A stretch of 32,000 nt of DNA from Alkanindiges illinoisensis DSM 15370 (GCF_000619845.1 NZ_JHUX01000003.1:850064-882063); one strand, 5' to 3'; positions 11,173 to 20,362 are shown, numbered from the stretch's first letter. Translations and numbers: made by a program. Notes: generated by a model from the sequence alone, not told the origin.

Positions 11173-12348
11173 ATGCATTGCGCCATTTTTTGCAACATTA
11201 TTGATAACTTTGGCGACATTGGTGTTTGCTGGCGCCTGACCCGCCAACTGGCTGCAGAATATCAGTTAAATGTTAGCCTGTTTGTTAATGACCTCAGCAG
11301 CTTTTCCATACTGGCGCCAGAGCTGCAACCAGAATTACCTATTCAGCAATTAGATCAGATTACAGTCCATCATTGGCATGCTGATGTTTATTTCGATCAG
11401 CCTTATGATCTCATTATTGAGGGTTTTGGCTGCCGGCTAGAAGATCAACTCATTGACCAGATGCAGCAACAAGCCAGTGCAGGCCAGCCGCCGCTCTGGA
11501 TTAATCTGGAATACATGAGTGCCGAACCCTGGGTCATGGATTGCCATGGCATGGTTTCCATTCATCCGGCAACGGGCTTAAAGCAGACCTTCTGGTTTCC
11601 CAGTACCACAGCACAAAGTGGTGGCCTAATCCGGGAGCAGGCTTTGCTTACTGAACGTGACCAGTTTCAGCAGGACAGCCAACAGCAGGTAGAATTCTGG
11701 CACAGTCTGGGCTTATCCAATGCCATGCAGTTTTCCAGAAAAATATCACTATTTTCCTATGAAAATAATGCGATAGCAGACTTACTGACAGCCTTGGCAG
11801 AAGATTCTATCGCAACACTGCTGCTGGTCCCCAAAAGCAAGGCCATTCCTGATATTGAACTATGGCTGCAATCACGCTTACAGTTGCAAAAAACATTGCA
11901 GATTAGTGATCAGGTAAGCTGCCAAAACCTGAAAATTGCTATGCTGCCGTTTTTATCGCATCTGCAATATGACCAGTTGCTCTGGGCATGTGACCTTAAT
12001 TTTATCCGGGGCGAGGATTCCTGTGTGCGGGCGCAATGGGCAGGCAAACCTTTTATCTGGCACATTTATCCACAAGATGAAAATGCCCACTTTATTAAAT
12101 TGCAGGCCTGGATAGATCAGATAAAACAACAGGTTAAAGGCGAGTATTTGGCAGATTTTGTTGCGTGGCAAACGGCAATGCAGGCCTGGAATAGCAATAC
12201 GCCCTCAAATTCCAAACTATGGCAACAACTGCTGACTAACTTGCCCAAATGGCCAAATCTACTGTCTGACTGGAGTGGTTTTCTGACAGCGCAGCCTGAT
12301 CTGGCTAGGCGTCTCATGAATTGGGTTGAGCAACATCAACTGGAATAA
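11173..12348 (+). CDS. earP: EF-P arginine-32 rhamnosyltransferase EarP
   Basis: 391 aa. N-terminal signature CAIFCNIIDNFGDIGVCWRLTRQLA (the conserved D-x-x-G-D-I-G-V-x-W-R-L block of EarP/DUF2331). It lies immediately upstream of an R32-type efp. Confidence 0.8.
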   Translation: MHCAIFCNIIDNFGDIGVCWRLTRQLAAEYQLNVSLFVNDLSSFSILAPELQPELPIQQLDQITVHHWHADVYFDQPYDLIIEGFGCRLEDQLIDQMQQQASAGQPPLWINLEYMSAEPWVMDCHGMVSIHPATGLKQTFWFPSTTAQSGGLIREQALLTERDQFQQDSQQQVEFWHSLGLSNAMQFSRKISLFSYENNAIADLLTALAEDSIATLLLVPKSKAIPDIELWLQSRLQLQKTLQISDQVSCQNLKIAMLPFLSHLQYDQLLWACDLNFIRGEDSCVRAQWAGKPFIWHIYPQDENAHFIKLQAWIDQIKQQVKGEYLADFVAWQTAMQAWNSNTPSNSKLWQQLLTNLPKWPNLLSDWSGFLTAQPDLARRLMNWVEQHQLE

Positions 12349-12424
12349 TAGTAACTATCCATTAATGGCTGGCATCCAGAATTTTATATTTTTAACCTTC
12401 ATCGATAGAAAAGCCTGCAAGAGT

Positions 12425-12455
12425 TTGGCAAAACCGGACTGAAATCGGGTAGAAT
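12425..12455 (+). promoter_or_regulatory. Candidate sigma70 promoter for efp
   Basis: TTGGCA (12425..12430) and TAGAAT (12450..12455). The 19-nt spacer is longer than optimal, so this call is tentative. Confidence 0.3.
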
Positions 12456-12494
12456 CTTGCACCAACGTAAAAGGGCTTATTTAGGATACATCCC

Positions 12495-13061
12495 ATGAAA
12501 ACCGCACAAGAAGTTAAAGCTGGCAACGTGATTATGGTTAACGGTCAACCGATGGTTGTTCTTAAAACTGAATTCAACAAGTCTGGCCGTAACGCTGCCG
12601 TTGTTAAAATGAAAATGAAAAACCTGCTAAACGAGCAGGCCATGGAATCGGTTTTCAAAGCTGATGAAAAGTTTGACCAGATTATTCTGGAAACCCGCGA
12701 AGCTACTTATTCTTACTTTGCTGATCCTATGTATGTATTCATGGATACTGAGTTTAATCAACTTGAAGTTGAAGAAGAAAACCTTGGTGACGTTAAAAAC
12801 TTCATTGAAGACGGCATGACTGATGTTTGCGAAGTTACCCTGTACGAAGGCAAGCCGATTGCGGTTGAACTGCCAACAGTTATTGTGCGCGAAGTAGCCT
12901 ATACTGAGCCTGCTGCCAAGGGTGATACTTCTGGTAAAGTGACCAAAGTGGCTAAGCTAAACAATGGTTATGAGTTGCAGGTTGCTTCTTTCATTGAAAT
13001 TGGCGAGCGTATTGAAATTGATTCCCGTGATGGTTCTTTCCGTGCCCGCGCGAAAAACTAA
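12495..13061 (+). CDS. efp: Translation elongation factor P (EarP-modified, Arg32 type)
   Basis: 188 aa. The loop [11 protein letters not shown] places Arg at residue 32. The protein is collinear with Pseudomonas-type EF-P (GDTSGKV, YTEPA). Confidence 0.95.
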   Translation: MKTAQEVKAGNVIMVNGQPMVVLKTEFNKSGRNAAVVKMKMKNLLNEQAMESVFKADEKFDQIILETREATYSYFADPMYVFMDTEFNQLEVEEENLGDVKNFIEDGMTDVCEVTLYEGKPIAVELPTVIVREVAYTEPAAKGDTSGKVTKVAKLNNGYELQVASFIEIGERIEIDSRDGSFRARAKN

Positions 13062-13080
13062 TCAAAACGTGTGATGTAAA

Positions 13081-13106
13081 AAGAGGGCTGCGGCTCTCTT
13101 TTTTTG
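13081..13106 (+). terminator. Rho-independent terminator after efp
   Basis: Stem gagggc (13083..13088) pairs with gctctc (13093..13098), including one G-U pair, around loop tgcg. A run of seven T follows. Confidence 0.65.
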
Positions 13107-13157
13107 CCTCAGACTGTGCAAATAACGTCTAACAATATTAAGCATTCAACTTCCCAT

Positions 13158-13186
13158 AAAAAAACGCCGGGTCATCCCAGCGTTTT
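13158..13186 (-). terminator. Rho-independent terminator after ychF (hairpin flanked by A and T runs, usable in both directions)
   Basis: aaaaaaacgc-cggg-tcat-ccca-gcgttttt. On the minus strand the hairpin is followed by ttttttt. Confidence 0.7.
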
Positions 13187-13206
13187 TAAATAATTAGTCT
13201 ATTAGC

Positions 13207-14298
13207 TTAGACATTAAATCTAAAGTGCATCACATCACCATCCTGCACCACATAGGTTTTACCTTCCAGACGCCATTTGCCAGCTTCCTTGGCACCAGAC
13301 TCACCGTTATACTGAATAAAGTCGCTGTAGCCGACCACTTCAGCCCGGATAAAGCCTTTTTCAAAGTCGGTATGAATCACGCCAGCCGCCTGTGGTGCGG
13401 TTGCGCCAACTTTAACCGTCCATGCACGTACTTCTTTAACACCAGCAGTAAAATAGGTTTGCAAGCCAAGTAGGCCATAACCGGCACGAATCACCTGATT
13501 TAAACCCGGCTCTTCCATTCCCATGGCTTCCAGAAATTCGGCGCGGTCTTCATCTTCCAGCAGGGAAATTTCTGCTTCAATCTGATTGCATAATGCCACA
13601 ACCTGCGCATTTTCACTGGCTGCTAACTGCTTAACAGCTTCCAGATGCGGATTATTGTCAAAGCCGTCTTCTGCCACGTTGGCAATATACATAGTTGGTT
13701 TTAGCGTCATTAGGCCAAACCCGCGAATCAGCTTGCGTTCATCATCAGACAAATCGGCAGCACGGGCAGGGCGACCTTCATTTAACACCGGCTCAATTTT
13801 TTCCAGCACGGCTTTGGTTGCCAGTGCATCCTTGTCACCACCGCGTGCGACCTTGGTCAGGCGTAGTAATGCTTTTGCTACCGTATCAAGGTCAGCCAGT
13901 GCCAGTTCGGTATTAATGGTAGCAATATCATCCAGCGGATCAATTTTGCCATTCACGTGAATGACGTTTTCATCTTCAAAACAACGTACCACATGGGCGA
14001 TTGCATCAGTTTCACGGATATTGGCCAGAAACTGGTTACCCAGACCTTCGCCTTTACTGGCCCCGGCAACCAAACCGGCAATATCCACAAATTCCATGGT
14101 GGTTGGAATAATACGCTCTGGTTTTACAATGGCTGCCAGCTTGTCAAGACGCGAATCCGGCATGGGAACAATCCCGGTATTGGGCTCAATGGTACAAAAC
14201 GGAAAGTTTTCTGCTGCAATGGCTGCCTTGGTCAATGCATTAAACAGTGTCGATTTACCCACGTTTGGCAGGCCAACAATACCGCAATTAAAACCCAT
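13207..14298 (-). CDS. ychF: Ribosome-binding ATPase YchF
   Basis: Walker [19 protein letters not shown], with full-length collinearity to YchF. The track start at 14310 adds MSTF. The ATG at 14298 (MGFNCGIVG) matches the usual YchF N-terminus. Confidence 0.95.
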   Translation of the reverse strand: MGFNCGIVGLPNVGKSTLFNALTKAAIAAENFPFCTIEPNTGIVPMPDSRLDKLAAIVKPERIIPTTMEFVDIAGLVAGASKGEGLGNQFLANIRETDAIAHVVRCFEDENVIHVNGKIDPLDDIATINTELALADLDTVAKALLRLTKVARGGDKDALATKAVLEKIEPVLNEGRPARAADLSDDERKLIRGFGLMTLKPTMYIANVAEDGFDNNPHLEAVKQLAASENAQVVALCNQIEAEISLLEDEDRAEFLEAMGMEEPGLNQVIRAGYGLLGLQTYFTAGVKEVRAWTVKVGATAPQAAGVIHTDFEKGFIRAEVVGYSDFIQYNGESGAKEAGKWRLEGKTYVVQDGDVMHFRFNV

Positions 14299-14350
14299 GA
14301 AAGTGCTCATCTATTTAATATAAAAACTGGCGCATATCTTATCATGAGCG

Positions 14351-14504
14351 AGCAAGGCATAGCCACTTCGTCTTGCAAAGCGATGCTTTTCATCTGCCCG
14401 AGCGCAAGAAATGAGTTGCATTGCAGCGCAAGTAGGATTTTTTAAGAGCAAGGCATAGCCACTTTGTCTTGCCAACAACACTTCAGCCCGCATGAGCAAA
14501 TGAG
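14351..14504. repeat. Degenerate tandem duplication carrying two copies of a 26-bp hairpin-forming repeat
   Basis: agcaaggcatagccacttcgtcttgc (14351..14376) and agcaaggcatagccactttgtcttgc (14447..14472) match at 25 of 26 positions. Each can fold as gcaaggc / g(t)cttgc. The downstream parts of the two units also align loosely (ttca..gcccg..gc.aaatgag). Confidence 0.7.
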
Positions 14505-14576
14505 AAACAGACCGAAGCCGGATGAGTCTGCTATGATACGGCAAAATTTCTTAAAAAATCCTGTCTTGGAGTGTTT

Positions 14577-15338
14577 ATGCGCACCTTGTATCAATTTCCA
14601 TTATCACATTATTGTGAAAAAGCTCGCTGGTTACTTGATCATAAAGAACTGGATTATGTGGCCAGGAACCTGATTCCCGGCCTGCATCGGCCTTGGGTGC
14701 GTTTTAAAACCAGCAAAAACACATTGCCCATGTTGCATGATGGCAAAAACTGGATTGCCGATTCTACCGAGATTGCCCTGTATCTGGATGGTATGTATCC
14801 CGAACAGCCGTACTTGCGCCGAGAACCCGAATTTCGTGTCCAGGCCATTGAGCTGGATCAAATTGCCAGCCAGATTGGTGTTCATGTGCGTCGCTGGATG
14901 TACCTGTACCTGCTGGATGAACCCGAAACCATGGAAATCATGCTAGGCGAAAAGGGCTTTTTAAGATTCACTGAACGTTTTTCCAAACCGTTTATTAAAA
15001 AAGGTGTGATTCGCTTGTATGGCATTTATCCCAAGAAAGCGGAAGCCTCCAAGCAAAAACTCGATACACTGATTAATCAGGTCGAGCAAAAACTGATTGC
15101 CAATGGAGGGCGATATCTGGTGAGTGACCGTCTGGGGCTGGCGGATATTGCGGTGTGCGCCTTATCAGCCCCACTATTTGGGCCACAGGGCACACCCTGG
15201 CAGCTTGATGAGCCAGAGCAGTTGCCTGAGCCAATTCGTGCCTATCGTCAGGAATTACTGGATCGTCCATTTGGCCAGTATGTGATGCGTATCTATCAAA
15301 ATGAACGCCATGCCCGGGTTGACTGGCGCGGTCTTTAA
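14577..15338 (+). CDS. Glutathione S-transferase family protein
   Basis: N-terminal thioredoxin-like GST domain (MRTLYQFPLSHYCEKARWLLDHKELDY...LPMLHDGKNWIADSTEIALYL) followed by a helical C-terminal domain. The ATG at 14577 has GGAG 5 nt upstream. The track start is GTG 14571. Confidence 0.7.
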   Translation: MRTLYQFPLSHYCEKARWLLDHKELDYVARNLIPGLHRPWVRFKTSKNTLPMLHDGKNWIADSTEIALYLDGMYPEQPYLRREPEFRVQAIELDQIASQIGVHVRRWMYLYLLDEPETMEIMLGEKGFLRFTERFSKPFIKKGVIRLYGIYPKKAEASKQKLDTLINQVEQKLIANGGRYLVSDRLGLADIAVCALSAPLFGPQGTPWQLDEPEQLPEPIRAYRQELLDRPFGQYVMRIYQNERHARVDWRGL

Positions 15339-15350
15339 TTTCGCTACACG

Positions 15351-15380
15351 AAAGCCAGTATTAGTTAATGCTGGCTTTTA
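15351..15380 (+). terminator. Rho-independent terminator after the GST gene
   Basis: agccagtatt (15353..15362) pairs with aatgctggct (15367..15376), a 10-bp stem with one G-U pair and loop agtt. It is followed by ttt. Confidence 0.65.
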
Positions 15381-15579
15381 AATAAAACAATACAAGATGA
15401 TAAATAATATGTGTAAAAAGAAACAGCATTGTCATTGGTCGGTCATATAAAACCCATTAAATTAGTTGGCGCAGTAATTGCATCGCTGGTTATTCAAATC
15501 AGTTTATATATTAAGAGAACAGACTGTGCTTGATACAGTCATACTGATCAATAACATCATTTTGATGAATAAGGAAAAT

Positions 15580-15678
15580 ATGATGAAACGCTTAATTAAT
15601 TATGTAAATTCAGCCATTGAACTTGAAATTGACGAACAGGATTTTGAGTTTGAAATGGATGATGCCACAGAACTGTAA
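15580..15678 (+). CDS. Candidate small acidic protein (32 aa), function unknown
   Basis: AAGGA (15571..15575) precedes ATGATG (15580..15585). The product is MMKRLINYVNSAIELEIDEQDFEFEMDDATEL, with 10 acidic and 2 basic residues. This is the only part of the 66-aa track ORF that has an RBS. Confidence 0.25.
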   Translation: MMKRLINYVNSAIELEIDEQDFEFEMDDATEL

Positions 15679-15782
15679 ATTATGACTTTGTTTTTTCGAT
15701 GTAAAATCTCAGCGCTACTATACTGTTTACGCGGTTTGCTGTGATAGTATAAGTGCTTTATCGCATTTGCATTAAAACGACT

Positions 15783-16217
15783 ATGTTTAGTTTGCACTCC
15801 CAGCTGGCTCAGGATACGTTCTGGGTTGGTGATTTTCCACTTTCAACATGTCGCCTCATGAATGACATGCAGTTTCCCTGGTTAATTCTGGTTCCGCGCG
15901 TTCCCGGCGTCAGTGAGCTTTATGAGCTTAGTCAAGCCGATCAGGAACAATTTTTGCGTGAGTCCAGTTGGCTGTCCAGCCAGTTAGCCCGTGTTTTCCG
16001 TGCCGATAAAATGAATGTTGCTGCATTGGGTAACATGGTACCGCAACTGCATTTCCATCATATTGTGCGTTACCAGAATGATGCTGTCTGGCCAAAGCCA
16101 GTATGGGGCACACCTGCAGTTCCCTATACCAGTGATGTACTGGCTCACATGCGTCAGACTTTAATGCTTGCCTTGCGTGGTCAGGGTGAAATGCCATTTG
16201 ACTGGCGTATGGAATAA
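15783..16217 (+). CDS. HIT-family nucleotide hydrolase/transferase
   Basis: MFSLHSQLAQDTFWVGDFPLSTCRLMNDMQFPWLILVPR followed by the histidine motif PQLHFHHIVRY. The start at ATG 15783 was chosen by analogy with homologues. The track start GTG 15753 adds 10 codons. Confidence 0.75.
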   Translation: MFSLHSQLAQDTFWVGDFPLSTCRLMNDMQFPWLILVPRVPGVSELYELSQADQEQFLRESSWLSSQLARVFRADKMNVAALGNMVPQLHFHHIVRYQNDAVWPKPVWGTPAVPYTSDVLAHMRQTLMLALRGQGEMPFDWRME

Positions 16218-16316
16218 TCATTATTACAGGCACGTTCTGCGTTACAGGATGTGTCTGGTTCATTTCTGTGAAACGCTTTAGGGTATAAGAAATACAGGCC
16301 AGATACAGGGATTTGT

Positions 16317-17735
16317 GTGCTAAGCTTTGATATTCTGAATAAAGATCCTTTGCAGTTTGCGCGATATCACCGCTATGTCGCCTATTTTCTTATACTCATT
16401 ATTTTTCTGGCTGCACTGTACAGTAATGCGGTTCACCCTAATCATCCATTCGTTATTATTACAACGATTTTCTTAACGCCTTTTATTCAGAATTACAGTT
16501 CAAATCGTTTGATTCGCCGTTTCGGTTATCCGCTGGCCAAAAATATAATTTTATTGATAGATGCCCTGTTTGTAGCATTCTGGCTAATTAGCATCGAATT
16601 TGCCGTTATTCCCAGTTTACTGGTAATTATAGGACTAATTTATGGCGCTATCTGGGTACGGGTAGGCTGGCTTGGCCTTTTAACGGTGGCACTGGTTTCA
16701 GTCAGTATGTTGTACTTGTTTTGCTATTTAATGGGCATTAATGATATTGATTTTAAAAACAGCCCAATGGTGGTTTCAGTCATCAGCATTTTATGCCTGA
16801 CTATTTATCTTAGTGTAGGACTAGTTTATTTTAACCAGCGCTTGCATCGAATTGAAGGCGAAAAGAAGCTTGTAGATGAGCAGGTCACCAAGTACCTGAC
16901 GCTGGCCAACAAACTGGCGCGTTATGCACCTTCCCAAATCTGGCAGTCGATTATCCGTGGCGACCATGAAGCCAAGATTGATAATAAGCGCAAAAAGCTG
17001 ACCATCTTCTTTTCAGATATTCAGGGTTTTACCGAGCTTTCAGAAAAACTGCTACCTGATGATCTGGCATTTATCCTGAATGATTATTTTGAACACATGA
17101 CCGATATTGCCCGACGGCATGGTGGGACTGTCGATAAATACATGGGTGATGCCATCCTGATTTTCTTTGGTGATCCGGAATCCAAGGGCTATAAAGAAGA
17201 TGCCAAAGCCTGTATTTATATGGCAATGGCGATGCTCAACGAAATGAAAATCCTGCGTGAGCGCTGGAAGCGGCTTGGTTATAGTGGCCTGCATATCCGT
17301 ATTGGTATTAATACCGGTTATTGCCATGTGGGTAATTTTGGCACTAGCTCACGTATGAGTTATACCATTGTTGGACGCGATGCCAATCTCGCAGCACGCC
17401 TGCAAACTGCAGCAGAAATTGATCAGATCTTGATTTCTGAGTCCACCTATCAACTGGTTAAAGACAGTTTTACCTGCCTGGAAAAAGGCGAAATACAGCT
17501 TAAAGGCCTAAGTGAACCTGTACTGACCTGGCAAATAGTAGGACGACAGGGCAGTGAAAAAGCTGCAACTAATCGCTGGATTGACTATGAATTGCAAGGT
17601 TTTCACCTGCAACTTGATTTAAATGAGCTTAAACCTTATGAAGGGGCGAAGGCCATTCAGATCCTTGAGCAGGTTACCAAACGACTCAAAATGGAAGAAA
17701 CCCGCTTTCAGCCGCAAGATAAATATAAGCGTTAG
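16317..17735 (+). CDS. Membrane-bound class III adenylate/guanylate cyclase (six-TM N-terminal domain, CyaB/MASE2-like architecture)
   Basis: 472 aa. About six TM helices in residues 20-175, then a cyclase homology domain: LTIFFSDIQGFTELSE, HGGTVDKYMGDAILIFFG, IRIGINTGYCHVGNFG, YTIVGRDANLAARLQ. GTG start. Confidence 0.8.
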   Translation: MLSFDILNKDPLQFARYHRYVAYFLILIIFLAALYSNAVHPNHPFVIITTIFLTPFIQNYSSNRLIRRFGYPLAKNIILLIDALFVAFWLISIEFAVIPSLLVIIGLIYGAIWVRVGWLGLLTVALVSVSMLYLFCYLMGINDIDFKNSPMVVSVISILCLTIYLSVGLVYFNQRLHRIEGEKKLVDEQVTKYLTLANKLARYAPSQIWQSIIRGDHEAKIDNKRKKLTIFFSDIQGFTELSEKLLPDDLAFILNDYFEHMTDIARRHGGTVDKYMGDAILIFFGDPESKGYKEDAKACIYMAMAMLNEMKILRERWKRLGYSGLHIRIGINTGYCHVGNFGTSSRMSYTIVGRDANLAARLQTAAEIDQILISESTYQLVKDSFTCLEKGEIQLKGLSEPVLTWQIVGRQGSEKAATNRWIDYELQGFHLQLDLNELKPYEGAKAIQILEQVTKRLKMEETRFQPQDKYKR

Positions 17736-17966
17736 TTCACTACTCGTATTTTGTATTGCAACCGATTAATACTCATCTTTAATATTAAATTCAATCATTA
17801 GATCATGGCTTTCTAAAAACTAATTTATTATCCTAGTGTAGATTTATAGTTTAATAGCAACTCTTCAGAACACCTTCATTTTACGTAGTTCAAATGAAAA
17901 AATAGAAGTCTAAGCAATAGGTTGATTTAAAGTATTAGATATAAAGAATAATTATTAAGCTAAATA

Positions 17967-18015
17967 ACGCTTGTCGAATCATATTTGAATTTAATTTAGC
18001 TAAGTCGACAAGCGT
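17967..18015 (-). terminator. Long-loop hairpin downstream of fdx (possible isc operon terminator)
   Basis: Perfect 11-bp inverted repeat acgcttgtcga (17967..17977) / tcgacaagcgt (18005..18015) with a 27-nt loop. On the minus strand ttatttagctt follows. The loop is larger than in a canonical terminator. Confidence 0.35.
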
Positions 18016-18064
18016 AGCAATACTTAAGTCAGACGGATAGTAAGACACTCATATGCTAAAGCAA

Positions 18065-18403
18065 TCAATGACGCTCTGAGGCATGGTTAATCGTATATTT
18101 TGGAATTTCGATTTCCAGATCCTTATTTTCTACCAAAACCTGGCAGGACAGTCGCGAATCTGGCTCCAAACCCCAAGCACGATCTAGCAAATCTGCTTCT
18201 ACATCATCCATTTCGTCCAGTGAATTAAAACCCTGACGCACAATCACATGGCACGTAGTACAGGCTGCTGACATATCACAGGCATGTTCAATGCAAACTT
18301 CGTTATCCAGTAAGCTTTGGCACAAATTGGCATTCGGTTCAACCTCAAAAGTTTTACCTTCAGGACAAAATTGTGGGTGAGGGAGCACAGTAATACGGGG
18401 CAT
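18065..18403 (-). CDS. fdx: ISC-system [2Fe-2S] ferredoxin
   Basis: 112 aa. Cys ligands in CDMSAACTTCHV and SRLSCQV. Last gene of the isc operon. Confidence 0.9.
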   Translation of the reverse strand: MPRITVLPHPQFCPEGKTFEVEPNANLCQSLLDNEVCIEHACDMSAACTTCHVIVRQGFNSLDEMDDVEADLLDRAWGLEPDSRLSCQVLVENKDLEIEIPKYTINHASERH

Positions 18404-18461
18404 GATGGTTCTCTATAATTTTCTAGCTAAGACCTGATTGGCTTATCGATGCAATTTGACA

Positions 18462-20312
18462 TTATGAATTCCAGTCATTAAGACTCGTGCCCTTTAAGGC
18501 GGTATCAACATGCTGGTTCATACGAATCGCTGCAAAATTATTGCTATGACCTTTTAAGCGAGCAATAGCCATATCAATCCGGTTGAGCTGGTTGGTTTGC
18601 AAAGCTTCACGTACAGCTTGCATGGCACGTTGCAAAGCATCCAGATCAATAACATCCAGCAAGTGTCCATCCGCTACAATTGCCTGATCCAGCGCTTCCA
18701 GTTCACGTTCTGCCTCTACTTTGGTTTCCTGTAGCTGGCGCAAGGTTTTATCTTCTTCGGCAAACTGGAATCCTTCGGTAAGCAGGCGTGTAGTATCCTG
18801 CTCGGATAAGCCATATGAAGGCTTGATATTAATCTGGCTATTCACGCCGCTAGTGGCTTCACGCGCAGTAACTGACAACAAGCCATCTGCATCAATCTGG
18901 AATTTAACCTCAATACGTGCCGCACCAGCAGTCATTGGCGGAATACCATGCAACTCAAATTTACCCAGCGAGCGGCAATGCTCTACCAGATCACGCTCGC
19001 CCTGAACCACATGAATCAGCATGGCAGTCTGGCCATCTTTGTAGGTGGTAAATTCTTGCTGGCGTGCTACAGGAATAGGCGTATTACGGGGAATAACCCG
19101 TTCAACCAGTCCACCCATGGTTTCCAGACCCAGCGACAAAGGCGTCACATCCAGAAGTAATGCGCCATTAGCCTGATTGCCAACAAGCTGGTCTGCAGAA
19201 ATCGCAGCACCTAGCGCTACTACCTGATCAGGGTTTAGTGAGCAGAGTGGGGTTTGCTCAAAAAAATCGGCAACTGCATTTTGAATCGCTGGGGAGCGGG
19301 TTGAACCACCGACCAAGACCACGGCATCAATCTGGTTAATCTTAATTTTGGCGTCACGCAATACACGTTTGCAAACTGTCAGTGTGCGTTCAATGACAGG
19401 CGCAATCAGGGTGTTAAACTGGATACGATCCAGCTGATATGAAAATTCCCTAAATTCGAACTGTAGACTTTCCTGTTCCGTCAATTGTTCCTTAACCTGA
19501 CGCGCCAGTATCATTAAAGCCTGACTATCCGCAGCAGAAAGGGAAAGGCTTGGTGTTTGCTCGCGAACCCATTTTGCAATGATACGGTCAATGTCATCGC
19601 CACCCAGCGCGGTATGTCCACCGGTTGCCAAAACCTCAAAAATTCCTTTGCTTAACCGCAGCACTGAAACATCAAAAGTACCGCCACCCAGATCAAAAAT
19701 AACCTGAATTTTTTCTTCGGCACTATCGATTTTGTCAAGACCATAAGCAATGGCCGCTGCTGTAGGCTCATTAAGAAGCCGTAATACATTCAATCCAGCC
19801 AACTGTGCAGCATCGCGTGTTGCCTGACGCTGGGCTTCATCAAAGTAGGCCGGAACGGTAATCACTGCACCATTCAAATTATCAGCCAGTGATTGTTCAG
19901 CCAGTTTTCTTAAACGGAATAGAATATCAGCCGAGATTTCTACAGGTGTCTTACGCCCCTGACTGGTAACAAATGCAGGCATCTGGTCATTGTCACCTTC
20001 AAGCGTATAGGGATGCTCAAAACGGATATCATTACGTGAGCGGCCCATAAAGCGTTTGACGGAAACAATCGTATTATGTGGATCTTGCTCAATAAAATTA
20101 CGTGCTGCCTGGCCCACTGTGGTGGTTTCTGCGCCGTAATGCACCACCGACGGTAATAGCAACTTACCGTATTCATCAGCCAGTACTACCGGTTTACCAG
20201 AACGGACAGTTGCTACCAGGGAGTGAGTAGTCCCCAAATCAATCCCTACTGCGATGCGGTGTTGATGCGGAGCAGTGGACTGGCCGGGTTCAGCAATTTG
20301 CAGCAACGCCAT
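18462..20312 (-). CDS. hscA: Fe-S cluster assembly chaperone HscA (Hsp70 type)
   Basis: 616 aa. [27 protein letters not shown], and the isc operon context. Confidence 0.95.
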   Translation of the reverse strand: MALLQIAEPGQSTAPHQHRIAVGIDLGTTHSLVATVRSGKPVVLADEYGKLLLPSVVHYGAETTTVGQAARNFIEQDPHNTIVSVKRFMGRSRNDIRFEHPYTLEGDNDQMPAFVTSQGRKTPVEISADILFRLRKLAEQSLADNLNGAVITVPAYFDEAQRQATRDAAQLAGLNVLRLLNEPTAAAIAYGLDKIDSAEEKIQVIFDLGGGTFDVSVLRLSKGIFEVLATGGHTALGGDDIDRIIAKWVREQTPSLSLSAADSQALMILARQVKEQLTEQESLQFEFREFSYQLDRIQFNTLIAPVIERTLTVCKRVLRDAKIKINQIDAVVLVGGSTRSPAIQNAVADFFEQTPLCSLNPDQVVALGAAISADQLVGNQANGALLLDVTPLSLGLETMGGLVERVIPRNTPIPVARQQEFTTYKDGQTAMLIHVVQGERDLVEHCRSLGKFELHGIPPMTAGAARIEVKFQIDADGLLSVTAREATSGVNSQINIKPSYGLSEQDTTRLLTEGFQFAEEDKTLRQLQETKVEAERELEALDQAIVADGHLLDVIDLDALQRAMQAVREALQTNQLNRIDMAIARLKGHSNNFAAIRMNQHVDTALKGTSLNDWNS

Positions 20313-20362
20313 ACGATAAAAACCTTTTTATAACCATTAAAACCAATAATTAGAAGCAGCGC

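Noticed and set aside
13586-14445. Plus-strand ORFs of 120-162 aa antisense to ychF, and similar antisense ORFs at 7442..7915 in glnD, 24552..24941 in the phasin gene and 26639..26992 in ppiD
   Set aside because: These are shadow ORFs on the opposite strand of strongly supported genes. They have low-complexity or Cys/Arg/Ser-rich products and no RBS.
14351-14472. Possible miniature CRISPR array (two 26-bp repeats about 96 bp apart)
   Set aside because: There are only two copies, the spacing is too long, the sequence between and after the repeats is itself partly duplicated, and there are no cas genes or leader.
14311-14544. 77-aa minus-strand ORF containing ARQSGYALL / ARRSGYALL twice
   Set aside because: The internal peptide repeat is simply the translation of the 26-bp DNA repeat. 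The ORF lies in the ychF frame directly upstream of it, has no RBS, and overlaps the divergent promoter region. I treat it as non-coding repeat DNA.
15478-15579. The N-terminal 34 codons of the 66-aa track ORF
   Set aside because: No RBS precedes ATG 15478, and the sequence there is hydrophobic and AT-driven. Only the distal ATGs at 15580 and 15583 follow a Shine-Dalgarno sequence.
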